A stretch of DNA of 64,000 nucleotides from assembly GCA_028534125.1 (NCBI GenBank), contig CM052842.1, forward strand, positions 682,001 to 746,000. The letters are read 5' to 3'. How positions within the stretch are numbered: position 1 is the stretch's first letter; each line of letters begins with the position of its first letter. The stretch comes from Lama glama (taxonomy: Eukaryota). The position numbers were made by a program, and so were the translations under genes. Positions 44,601-56,600 of the stretch are shown here, piece after piece. The notes below the pieces were generated by a model. It made no database searches and was not told where the DNA came from. It saw only the letters and a list, made by a program, of their open reading frames with translations.

Positions 44601-47600
44601 CCCTCGCCCCCTTCCCCGCTGGCTTGCGGGCGTGACTGAGGACAGCTTGCTCGCAGGTGAAGCTGGTGAACATCAGGAACGATGACATCGCTGACGGCAA
44701 CCCCAAGCTGACCCTCGGCCTGATCTGGACGATCATCCTGCACTTCCAGGTAGAGTGGCCTGGGCGTCCTCTCAGAACCTTGCTGCCAGCCAGCGCCCCA
44801 GCCCTGTGCTAGCTCCATGGCCTGAGGGTGCAGGCCTCTCTCTGGGGCCTGTCTATCCCGTGCCCTCTGGCCCTGGCTGGGCAGGGCCTGCAAAGCCTCC
44901 CTACAGAAGAATGCGTTCCCTGCTCGCTCCTGGTGCAGCCGCCTGCCCTGGGGAAGGTTCTGGAGAAGCACCCTCTGCACTGGCTGACTCACTCACTGCC
45001 CGCCCAGCAGCACAGGAAGCCACAAATCAGAGAGCTGGGCAGGCAGAGCCTGGTTGGCACGGCAGCTGAGTCACACAGGCGGGCGGGCTGACAGACAGAC
45101 AGATAGCCAGGGACAGGCAGGCGGGTGAACAGACAGCAAGACAGCTTCTAGACCCGGGCCTGAAGGATCCGACTAAGTGCAGGGCTGGGCCAGTGCTGTG
45201 GCCCTGCATGCCCCATCCCCAGAGACCCGCCCCGCCCCTCCGAACAGCCTTGTCTAGGCTTGGGGCCTCTGAGCACGCTGTGGTGCTCTGGTGCCTGCCG
45301 CTGCTCTCCCGCGCCCACCCTCCCCCAACTCTGGCCCATGGCTGCCTTGGGGATGCTGGGTGTTCCCCAGGCCCAGGGAGCCCAGGGCACCCACCCTGTG
45401 GCAGCCGTGGGGGCTGGAGGTCTGACATTCTATGCCAGCTGCCGCCTGGAGTGGCCTGGGCTTGTGACGCTAACGTGTGGCGAGTTCCAGCAGCCCCCTG
45501 GCCATGGGGGGCGCCCCCTGGGCCCCGCTCTTCTCAACTGGCTGGGTGGCTCCTGTGTGCTGAGACTGGGCACCAGGCAGGGTAGGTGGCCATGGCTGAG
45601 CTCCTGCCTCCTGCCCACTGTGTGGGGCAGATCTCAGACATCCAGGTGAGCGGGCAGTCGGAGGACATGACGGCCAAGGAAAAGCTGCTGCTGTGGTCCC
45701 AGCGCATGGTGGAGGGCTACCAGGGCCTGCGCTGTGACAACTTCACCTCCAGCTGGCGCGACGGCCGCCTCTTCAACGCCATCATCCACCGGCACAAGTA
45801 TGAGGCCCAGGCGCGGGGTGGGGCTGAGGGTCAGGGGCGCCCTGCAGCCCCTCAGCTGGCCACCTCAAACATGTCGGGGCGAAGAGTGCCAAGGAGGCGT
45901 CTGCTGAGGATGGGAACCTGCTGCCCGCGGGGACGGGTACCAGTGCCAGCCTGCCCAGCCCTACCACACCCTTCCTGCCTCCTCCTGGGCCCTTCCAGAG
46001 GCAGCGCTGGCTTCCACAGAGCCGAGAACAGTGGGCTGCTGGTTCTCACAGCTGTGAGCGTCTGCTTCATGTGGAGGCCCTGGAAGGGGACTGGGTGGCT
46101 GGGCCACGGTGGGGTCAGCCTTCAGGGGATCTCAGCCCCCACCCAGGACCTGAGGTCTGGTGGGCAGGGTGGCTGTGGGGAGCCCAGGCTGACCAGCACA
46201 CCCCCTGGGCTCCTGCCCACTGTAGGCCCTTTGAGCTCCTGGGGAGCAGGGGTCCCAGCATGCACAGTGCCTGCACATGGGCTGCCTATGTGGCAGGACT
46301 GGGCGCCAGGGTGAGTGTGGGGTTGGGGTCTGTGTGTGGGGATCTCCCTGCTCCTGTGCCGCCCCCTCCCTGCCTACCCACCTGCCCCTTGCCCGTAGGC
46401 CTATGCTTATCGACATGAACAAGGTGTATCGTCAGACCAACCTGGAGAACCTGGACCAGGCCTTCTCTGTGGCAGAGCGGGATCTGGGGGTGACCCGGCT
46501 CCTGGACCCTGAGGGTACGTGCCTCTGCCCCTCTTCCCTCTCCCATCCCAGCCACTTGCCGGGGCCCCTCTGACCCCACCTCGCCCGCAGACGTGGACGT
46601 CCCTCAGCCTGACGAGAAGTCCATCATCACCTACGTCTCGTCCTTGTATGATGCCATGCCCCGTGTGCCTGATGTGCAGGATGGGGTGAAGGCCAACGTG
46701 AGTGATGGCCAGCAGGCCCCGGCGAGGCGTGGGGGTGGGGGAGGCCCTGACGGCCCCTGACGGCCCCTTGCCCACCCGCCCAGGAGCTGCAGCTGCGCTG
46801 GCAGGAGTACCGGGAGCTGGTGGTGCTTCTGCTGCAGTGGGTCCGGCAGCACACAGCTGCCTTCGAGGAGCGCCGGTTCCCCTCCAGCTTCGAGGAGATT
46901 GAGGTGGGCTTACCTGCTCAGCCAGGGTTCTGTGCCCACTGTGGTGGCCCCTCCTAACAGCCTTGTCCTCACAGATCTTGTGGTGTCAGTTCCTGAAGTT
47001 TAAGGAGACAGAGCTTCCAGCCAAGGAGGCGGATAAGAACCGGTCCAAGGGTATCTTCCAGTCCTTGGAGGTGAGCAGGATGCCCAGGAACCCAGGGCCT
47101 GGGGGTGTCCCTTGAGCAAGCTTGGCCTGGCCTCACTACTGAGCTGGGACCAGGGCTGTTTCAGGTTGGGTGGGCTGAGGGCCTGGGTAGCTTGGCACTC
47201 CCACCCCTCTGCTGAACGCGGCGCCTTTCCANNNNNNNNNNNNNNNNNNNNNNNNNNNNNNNNNNNNNNNNNNNNNNNNNNNNNNNNNNNNNNNNNNNNN
47301 NNNNNNNNNNNNNNNNNNNNNNNNNNNNNNNNNNNNNNNNNNNNNNNNNNNNNNNNNNNNNNNNNNNNNNNNNNNNNNNGTGCTGGGGGGTGGGGCCCCG
47401 CCTGGGCAAGGAAGCCGCCCGAGGGTGAGTCACTGCCTGGGGAGGAAATCCCCCCCCAGGCTGGGAAACCCACACTTGGGCCAGCTCAGCTGTGGGCCAC
47501 AGCCCGGCGGGGAGGCCCGGGCCAGGAGGGAGCTGTGCTTTGTGGCTGGGAGCCTGGAGACCTGACCCACTCACAGTGGGTCCTGTGGTGCTCTTGGGCT

Positions 47601-50600
47601 GCAGGCTGGAGTGTCTTCAGCGTATTGTCAGCAAACTGCAGATGGAGGCTGGGCTGTGCGAGGAGCAGTTGAACCAGGCCGACGCCCTACTGCAGTCGGT
47701 GAGGCTGGGGTAGAGGGGGCGCCTGGGCAGGGAAGCTGGAGGGAGGGAGGTGGGAGGAGCCCTGAACCTGCCACACCCTGCAGCCTGCGCCCCGCTCCTC
47801 CCTCTTGGCCTGCAGCCAGCTGTGACCGCTAGCTCTGGGCAGAGCCAGCTCCTGGGCACCAGGCCCGCCCTGAGCTGCCTTCTGTTGGGAGGGTGGTAGG
47901 GAGGGGCCCAGACCCCCTGGGGCCCAACACAGGCAAGACTGCATTGGCCTGGCCAGGGGCTCTCTTAAGGTGAACTTCTAGTGGTGGGTGGTGGAGGACA
48001 AGGCACGGGAACTGTGGATAAGGCCACGAAGCATCTGGCTCCTGGGACCTAGTGGAGACCTTTGGACTTGATCCCGGTTACCCCGCAGGGTGGAGGGCTG
48101 GGGTTTGACCAGAAGTTTCAGAAAGATGCAGGGTGCTGGGTGGGGAAGGAAAGGGAAAGGTGGTGGGGGAGCCCTCTGCAGGTGGGTGGGAGGTGGGCCT
48201 GGCCAGTCCCTGAGTCAGGGCGACCACCTTGCAGGATGTCCGGCTGCTGGCTACAGGCAAGGCACCACAGCGAGCGGGCGAGGTGGAGCGGGACCTGGAC
48301 AAGGCGGATGGCATGATCCGGCTGCTGTTTAACGATGTGCAGACCCTCAAGGATGGGCGGCACCCGCAGGGCGAGCAGATGTATCGCAGGTGGGTGCACC
48401 CTCCTTCAGGGCCTGGGGAGGGCAGCCCAGCCCCACTGACCCTCCTGACTCCTGCCTGCGCTGTGCGCAGGGTGTACCGCCTGCACGAGCGCCTGGTGGC
48501 CATCCGCACTGAGTATAACCTGCGTCTGCGGAGCGCACCAAGGCACCCTGAGCTTGAGGACGCCACGCTGCGCTACCTGCAGGATCTGCTGGCCTGGGTG
48601 GGGGAGAACCAGCGCCGGGTGGACAGCGCCGAGTGGGGCGTGGACCTGCCAAGCGTGGAGGCGCAGCTGGGCAGCCACCGCGGCCTGCACCAGTCCATCG
48701 AGGAGTTCCGGGCCAAGATTGAGCGGGCGCGAACCGACGAGGTGAGCGGGTGTCAGCGCTTTGGGCAGCAGGCGTGGGCCAGGGCCTGGCCCCCACAGGC
48801 CTCACCCCTCCTTGCCTCCCGCAGGGCCAGCTCTCCCCGGCTACCCGGGGCGCCTACCGAGACTGCCTAGGTCGGCTGGACCTGCAGTATGCCAAGCTGC
48901 TAGTGAGTCGGGGGCCAGGCGGGAAGCTGGGGCAGGCGTTCGGGGCTGTGGTGGCTGACACACGCCCCACTGCCCGCCCGCCCACAGAACTCCTCCAAGG
49001 CCCGCCTCAGGTCCCTAGAGAGCCTGCATGGCTTTGTGGCAGCTGCCACCAAGGAGCTGATGTGGCTGAGCGAGAAGGAGGACGAGGAGGTGGGCTTCGA
49101 CTGGAGCGAGCGCAGCACCAACACGGCCGCCAAGAAGGACAGCTACTCGGTGAGGCGGGCGGCTGGCTCTCCAGGCCTTTCCATGACCACCCCCCTCCCA
49201 GGTCGGAGCCCCTCGGGGTGGCGGCTCTGGTCCAGCTCCAGGCCTCCAGCGGGTGTTTGGTGGGAGACTGGCAGATCCATGGGCCTGACCCTGTCCCTGA
49301 GACCCACTGCCTCCATGTCAGGCCCTGATGCGCGAGCTGGAGCTGAAAGAAAAGAAAATCAAGGAGATCCAGAGCACCGGCGACCGCCTTCTTCGGGAAG
49401 ACCACCCCGCGCGGCCCACAGTGGAGGTGGGGCGGGGTTGCTGGGGGCCCCTGGACCCCCAGGGTGGGGCAGGGCAGGGCTGCAGGGGGACCGTCCGGAC
49501 CCCCACGGGGGCGCAGGGCTTACGAGCGTGTGTGCCGTGCTGCAGTCCTTCCAGGCAGCCCTGCAGACGCAGTGGAGCTGGATGCTGCAGCTGTGCTGCT
49601 GCGTGGAGGCGCACCTGAAGGAGAACACCGCCTACTTCCAGGTGAGAGCTCGGCCCGCCCTGCTCAGCCGCAGTGCCCTTGAGGAGCCTGCGGCCACGGT
49701 CCCAGCTCCGCGGCCGCTCTGTCTGTGAGGCTGCGGGCAGTCCGCCACGTACTCTGTGCTACTGACCTTGTACCAGAATCCCCCCCTGTCATCGGGCCCA
49801 GCCCCTCAGGCCCATCCTGGGGCAGCTCTGGCCAGAGCTTTGGGCCATTGGCCTAGCGTGACCCCTTCCTGCTGCCCCAGTTCTTCTCAGACGTGCGGGA
49901 GGCTGAAGAGCAGCTGCGGAAGCTGCAGGAGACGCTGCGCAGGAAGTACACCTGCGATCGCTCCATCACTGTCACTCGTCTTGAGGACCTGCTGCAGGAT
50001 GCCCAGGTGAGCCGGCTGCCAGCCTCTGCCGGGCCCAGGGCTCTGCAGCCCAATGAGAGGCAGGTGCTGAGGCCCAGACCCTCATGGACTGTGGGGATGG
50101 AGTGGGCAGTGGGGTCCAAGGGCTGGGTGGAGCACTGGGGGAGGCTGGCTTGGAGTCTGGGCTGCACTGATGCTCTGGAAAGGTCCCTCGGGAGGTAGGG
50201 GTCTAAAGGGGCCGGCAGCAGTTGGAGGAGACATGGTAGGGCTTGGAGGTCAGTGCAGACGGGCAGGGGTGTGGGAGAACTGAGAGGTTATGAGCAGGGT
50301 CCTGGACCAGGGGCAGGCGGCTGGCTAGAGCTGGTGTGAGCCCCAACCCTTGGAGCCCCCGGACTGAACAGAAGCCTGAGTCAGCTGCTCTATTGCCAGC
50401 CCTTTCACTGTAGGGGGTCCACCAGCATCTTGGACCTGACGAAGTCTGGGGCAGGCACAGTCTGAAGGGCTGAGGAGGGCAGAGAGGCCACTGAGTGTGG
50501 TACTCAGGTGCCCTGGGGCAGGGGTGGGGGCACCCAGGAGGGCTCCAGGGCCTTCTGGCAGCGCTTGGCAGAGTGGTGGAGGTGGGAGGAGGCTGGAAGG

Positions 50601-53600
50601 CTCTGCTGGCTGGGAAATCCTGTGGTCAGGAGTTGGGGTCAGTGAAGCCGGGGGGGCGGTCCAGGAGGCCCCCTCATGTGCAGCATTGGCTTGGGAGAGG
50701 GTGGAAGAGGTGCAGGTAGCTTCTAGGTGGACTCCGACTTGCAGCCTCACACAGTTCTAGGTGTGGTTTGGCCTCTCAGAGTGGCTGGGTGGGAGGAGGT
50801 GGGGAACCTTCCACAGCAGGACAGGGAGGGCAGAGGGAAGAGGACACTTTGGGGCCAGAGTGCAGCCGGGGTCCCGCCCCTGAAGGATGCACTGTGTGAT
50901 CTGGGGGGCAGGGGGAGGGCACTCAGTCCCAACTAGGAAGGAAGGCGGGTCAGTGGGCTCTGTTGAGGTCCAAGCCCTAGGGGCTTGTCCCAGCCAAGTG
51001 CTCAGCCCCACTGTGTCCCAGAGGCAGTGCGAAGGACCCCCTGACTTCAGGGCATTGGTGAGGGGTGCCTGGGGTGGGCTTGGGGGCCTGTGAAGGCGCT
51101 CAGTGTCTCATGCTGGGTGATGGTCTCTGACCCACCTCTGCCTTGCAGGATGAGAAGGACCAGCTGAACGAGTACAGGGGGCACCTCTCAGGCCTGGCCA
51201 AGCGGGCCAAGGCCATCGTGCAGCTAAAGCCCCGCAGCCCAGCCCACCCTGTGCGGGGCCGCGTACCGCTGCTGGCTGTGTGCGATTACAAGCAGGTGGA
51301 GGTGAGGCCTGGCCAGGCGGGCTGGGCCCGGGAGGTGGGGCATGGTGTGGCCATGCCGTGACCGCTCTGGCTGCCTTAGGTGACCGTGCACAAGGGTGAT
51401 GAGTGCCAGCTGGTGGGCCCTGCACAGCCATTCCACTGGAAGGTGCTCAGCAGCTCTGGTAGCGAGGCCGCCGTGCCCTCCGTGTGCTTTCTCATACCCC
51501 CACCCAACCAGGAGGCCCAGGAGGCCATCGCCAGGTGAGTGATCTTGGTCTGGAGACCGGAGTGGGTGGCGTTGAGTAGGTGCCCAGACGCCTCTAACCC
51601 TGCCCCTGATCTGCCAGGCTGGAGGCTCAGCACCAGGCCTTGGTTGCATTGTGGCATCAGCTGCACACGGACATGAAGAGCCTTCTAGCCTGGCAGAGCC
51701 TCAGCCGCGATGTGCAGCTCATCCGCTCCTGGTCCCTGGTCACGGTATGACTGCCCGGCGGGGCGGGGCGGGGCGGGGTGGGGCGGGGTGGGGCGGGAGC
51801 GTCTTCCTGCAGCCAGTGCTCAGCCCTCGTGCCCCGCCACAGTTCCGCACACTAAAGCCAGAGGAACAACGCCAAGCCTTGCGCAGCCTGGAGCTGCACT
51901 ACCAGGCCTTCCTGCGGGACAGCCAGGACGCTGGTGGCTTCGGGCCCGAGGACCGGCTGCAGGCCGAGCGCGAGTATGGATCCTGCAGCCGCCATTACCA
52001 GCAGCTGCTGCAGAGCCTGGAGCAGGGTAGGCGGCGGCGGCAGCCTGGTGCGGGTGGGAGGCCCCAGCTGGGCGGTGTGTGAGTGGGCCGTGTTCCCCAG
52101 GCGAGCAGGAGGAGTCCCGCTGTCAGCGCTGCATCTCCGAGCTCAAAGACATCCGGCTCCAGCTGGAGGCCTGTGAGACGCGCACTGTGCACCGCCTGCG
52201 CCTGCCGCTGGACAAAGAGCCCGCGCGGGAGTGTGCCCAGCGCATCGCAGAGCAGCAGGCAGGCCCCCCCCACCCCCTGGGTTCCAGGGGTGCTGTGTGT
52301 GGGGCTTGCGGGGTCAGCTTACATCCTCCTCCATCTCTCTTCAGAAAGCACAGGCTGAGGTGGAGGGGCTGGGCAAGGGGGTCGCCCGCCTCTCTGCTGA
52401 GGCCGAGAAGGTCCTGGCCTTGCCTGAGCCGTCACCCGCTGCCCCAACTCTACGCTCAGAGCTGGAGCTGACCCTGGGCAAGTTGGAGCAGGTCCGCAGC
52501 CTGTCTGCCATTTACCTGGAGAAGTGAGTGCGCCTGTCTGCTGTGGGAGGGCTCACAGCAGAGCTGAGGGGGACAGGCTGAGGCACAGGGGAACGGGGGC
52601 ACCAAGGAGGGGTCTGCTGAGGGATCTGGGCAAGGGACGGTGGGCATGGGCCAGGGTGGGCATCTGGGAGGTGGTGGGAGTTCAGTCCTGACCTGCCCTG
52701 ATAGCAGGTCTCCCTGATGACTGGACATGGGGTAAGAAGGGTTGTGGTGGCGTGGGAGGAGTAATTGGTGGGACCCTGCTTGTGGGACCTCAGGCAGTCA
52801 GGAGGTAGGGGTGTCACTAAGGTGTGAAAGGCAGCTGGGCAGAGGGGAGGGCCGGGGCCCCATGGCAGAGGGGTCAGGAGAGTGGGAGCTGCTAAAAGGG
52901 GAGGTGGCCTGTGGCTGGCGAGGTTCAGACCAGGGGCTTGGCCACACTGGGACACTGGCAACCTCAAGGGGGCACTTCTTGGCTGAAGGTGGGGGTTAAG
53001 CCCTGCGGAGGGAGGTGGGGTGGGCAGTGGGTGAGACCGTAGAGGGCGATCCCCTCCCCAGCAGGCCCTTCTGTCCCCAGTGCCCCTGGGGAATGCAGAG
53101 TCCTCATCAGGGCCCTTCTCCTCCCTGCGCCCACCCCCGACACGGGCGTCTCTTCTGTCCCTGCACTTCATTTTAATGAGGATGTGCAAAGATCATCAAA
53201 GACCTCCTTCAAAGCTAAGCGAGAACCCCTCCACCCTCTCCCCGCAGCCCCACCCTGGGCCACCCTCCAGGGGCCTGGCCTTCTTCCTCTGGTAGACTGT
53301 TACCCACCCTTTCATCACACGGCCCCAGCTGCTAGGAAGGAGTGTCCCTGTCAGGCATGTCGTGTCCCCGTCACCCAACCTTGGGGCTGGCAGGCTGATG
53401 GGGGATTCTCCTGCCATAGGGCCTTGGAGCTCGCTGCTCCCCTGGCCAGCACAGCCTCCCTCCAGGACTTGGGCTGGAGCTGGAGCACCCCTATGGCCAG
53501 GGGGTCCCCAGCCACCTTCTGCCTATGCCAAAGGTTCTTCTTCCTGAAGCCCATGACCAGAGGGCTCAGCTGGTCACCAGGGCTTCGGTTCCACTGTGTT

Positions 53601-56600
53601 AGGCTGGCTGCTCCCAGCCCATCTCCCCCCCCAGCTCTGAGCCCTAGTCTTCCCCCAGGCTCAAGACCATCAGCCTGGTGATCCGCAGCACACAGGGGGC
53701 TGAGGACGTGCTCAAGGCCCACGAAGAGCAGCTCAAGGAGGCCCAGGCTGTGCCTGCCACCCTCCCGGAGCTTGAGGCCACCAAAGCTGCGCTGAAGGTA
53801 CTGCTGCCAGGCCTGTGCTTTGCCGTGACAGCCGGAAGGCATTGGGGCTCAGCAGCAGGGGCCTTGGGCTGAAACAGCATCCTCTCCTCTGGTCCCAACA
53901 GAAGCTGCGGGCCCAGGCGGAGGCGCAGCAGCCTGTGTTTGATGCCCTGCGGGACGAGCTGCGGGGGGCACAGGAGGTGGGTGAGCGGCTGCAGCAGCGG
54001 CATGGCGAGCGGGACGTGGAGGTGGAACGCTGGCGTGAGCGGGTCACCCAGCTGCTTGAGCGCTGGCAGGCCGTGCTGGCCCAGACTGACGTGCGGCAGC
54101 GCGAGCTTGAGCAGCTGGGCCGCCAGCTGCGCTACTACCGTGAGAGCGCAGACCCGCTGGACTCCTGGCTGCAAGATGCCAAGCGGCGGCAGGAGCAGAT
54201 CCAGGCCGTGCCGTTGGCCAACAGCCAGGTTGTGCGAGAGCAGCTGCGGCAGGAGAAGGTGGGCCTGGGCAGGGTAGGCAGGAGTAGGGTGGGGTGGAGC
54301 TGCACCCTATGGCTGCTGACCACCCTGCCCTCCCAGGCGCTGCTGGAGGAGATTGAGCGCCACGGGGAGAAGGTGGAGGAGTGCCAGAGGTTCGCAAAGC
54401 AGTACATCAACGCCATCAAGGTGAGGCTCTGTGGCCTGCTGCCACCCTCTAGCAGGCTGTGTCCCAGGGAGGATGTGTGGACGGTGGGCCTGGGACCTCA
54501 GGGTACCCCCCCCCCATCCAGGCCATGCTGGGAAAGTCTGTGGGCAACTTCAGGGGCAGGGTGGGAGGGCAGAGCTGGCGGCCAACCAGTGCATCCCTAC
54601 AGGACTATGAGCTCCAGCTGGTCACATACAAGGCACAACTTGAGCCAGTGGCTTCCCCAGCCAAGAAGCCCAAGGTCCAGTCTGGGTCCGAGAGTGTCAT
54701 CCAGGAGGTGAGGCTAAGGGGCAGGGCTGGCAAGTGGTTCTAGCCTACACTGGGCCTGGTGGGCCCTGGGCAGGGGCAGGGCTGACTCTGAGTGTCTCCC
54801 CCCCTCCCCAGTATGTGGACCTGCGTACCCGTTACAGTGAGCTGACCACACTTACAAGCCAATACATCAAGTTCATCAGTGAAACTCTGCGGCGCATGGA
54901 GGAGGAGGAGGTACGGCCCACAAGGGTGGGGAGGCTGTCCTGCTGCCCGCCCCGTCCCAGACTTAGCTCCCAGGAGCCCATCTGAGACCACTTAGCACAG
55001 CTCTTCCCACTCACCTCCTGCCTGGTGCTGCCAGCTCCCCTCCCCTGCAGCACGGCCTGCTCCCAGGCTCTCCTCCCCTGTGGTCTGCCCTACTTGGCCT
55101 GATGCTGCACTGCTCTCCCTTGGTGGCTGGCACCTCCTCTTTGTCTTCATGTTGGCACGTGCCCCCCAGTGGGCGTCCCACTGGCTCTCTCGTGTACGTT
55201 CCTCTTTGAGATTCTGTGTTGGCCTCTTCACTTGGTCACTTGCTTTGGAAGCACTTGGGGTTACCGGGTGTTGGGGGCTGGAGAGAGGTGTCTCAAGGTG
55301 CTTTGGTGAGGCAGGGTACTTACCAGTCCTAGTCTGGCCTACCAGCAGCCTCCTCTCTGCTCAGAGCTGCAGGCTGAGTCCTTCTGAGCTGGCTCGGATC
55401 ATCACTGATGTGCCATGCTGGCCACTCCCCTCCCCCCCCGCACCTTGCTGGGTCAGGGAGAGGGGCCACGTGGCTGGAGCCAGGCCGTTGGGTGCTCAGC
55501 AGTGGGCAGGCAGGGCTGTGCGGTGGGCCCGGCTCGCAGGTCCTGCGAACTTCCTGCTTTGCTCTCTCTCTCTTTCTCCCCCTGTCCATCTGTCTCCGTC
55601 GCCTGTCTGCGGGAAGAGGGGAGGACACCTGGGTCTCCTTCCCTGGGCTGGTGAGCACTGTGGGGCCAGGCTGCACTCGCTGCCTTGAGTGCCCTGGGCG
55701 GGTGCACGCGGTCTCCTTCGGACGGGCCATGACCTCTGTTCTCCCATGACCCCCGCACCATGCTGTCAGTGAACTGTGGTGGTGCCGTGCCACGTGAGCG
55801 CCCCGCCTGCTCACCGCTCTCTCTGGTTCTCTCCCTCTCTCTGCCACGGCCGCAGAGGCTGGCTGAGCAGCAGCGGGCAGAGGAGCGGGAGCGCCTGGCT
55901 GAGGTGGAGGCCGCTCTGGAGAAGCAGCGGCAGCTAGCCGAGGCGCACGCCCAGGCGAAGGCACAGGCCGAGAGGGAGGCGCAGGAACTACAGCGGCGCA
56001 TGCAGGAGGAGGTGGCGCGCCGGGAGGAGGTGGCGGTGGACGCGCAGCAGCAGAAGCGCAGCATCCAGGAGGAGCTGCAGCATCTGCGGCAGAGCTCGGA
56101 GGCGGAGATCCAGGCCAAGGCCCGGCAGGTGGAGGCAGCTGAACGCAGCCGCCTGCGCATCGAGGAGGAAATCCGCGTGGTGCGCCTCCAGCTGGAGGCG
56201 ACTGAGCGCCAGCGCGGCGGGGCTGAGGGTGAGCTGCAGGCACTACGTACGCGCGCGGAGGAGGCCGAGGCGCAGAAGCGGCAGGCCCAGGAGGAGGCTG
56301 AGCGCCTGCGGAGGCAGGTGCAAGATGAGACCCAGCGCAAGCGGCGGGCGGAGGCCGAGCTGGCCCTGCGCGTGCAGGCGGAGGCCGAGGCAGCTCGTGA
56401 AAAGCAGCGGGCCCTGCAGGCGCTGGAGGAGCTGCGGCTGCAGGCCGAGGAGGCAGAGCGGCGCCTGCGGCAGGCTGAGGCAGAGCGCGCGCGCCAGGTG
56501 CAGGTAGCCCTGGAGACTGCACAGCGCAGTGCGGAGGCAGAGCTGCAGAGCAAGCACGCCTCTTTCGCGGAGAAGACGGCGCAGCTAGAGCGAACCCTGG

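Noticed and set aside
47071-47604. Apparent loss of PLEC exon 11 with a frameshift
   Set aside because: A 148-N run starts exactly at the acceptor and is large enough to contain the exon.
55154-55184. Palindrome GGCACGTGCC and 8-bp hairpin CCAGTGGG-cgt-CCCACTGG in intron 30, as a miRNA or rodless-splicing switch
   Set aside because: Stem far too short for a pre-miRNA; chance occurrence is likely in GC-rich DNA.
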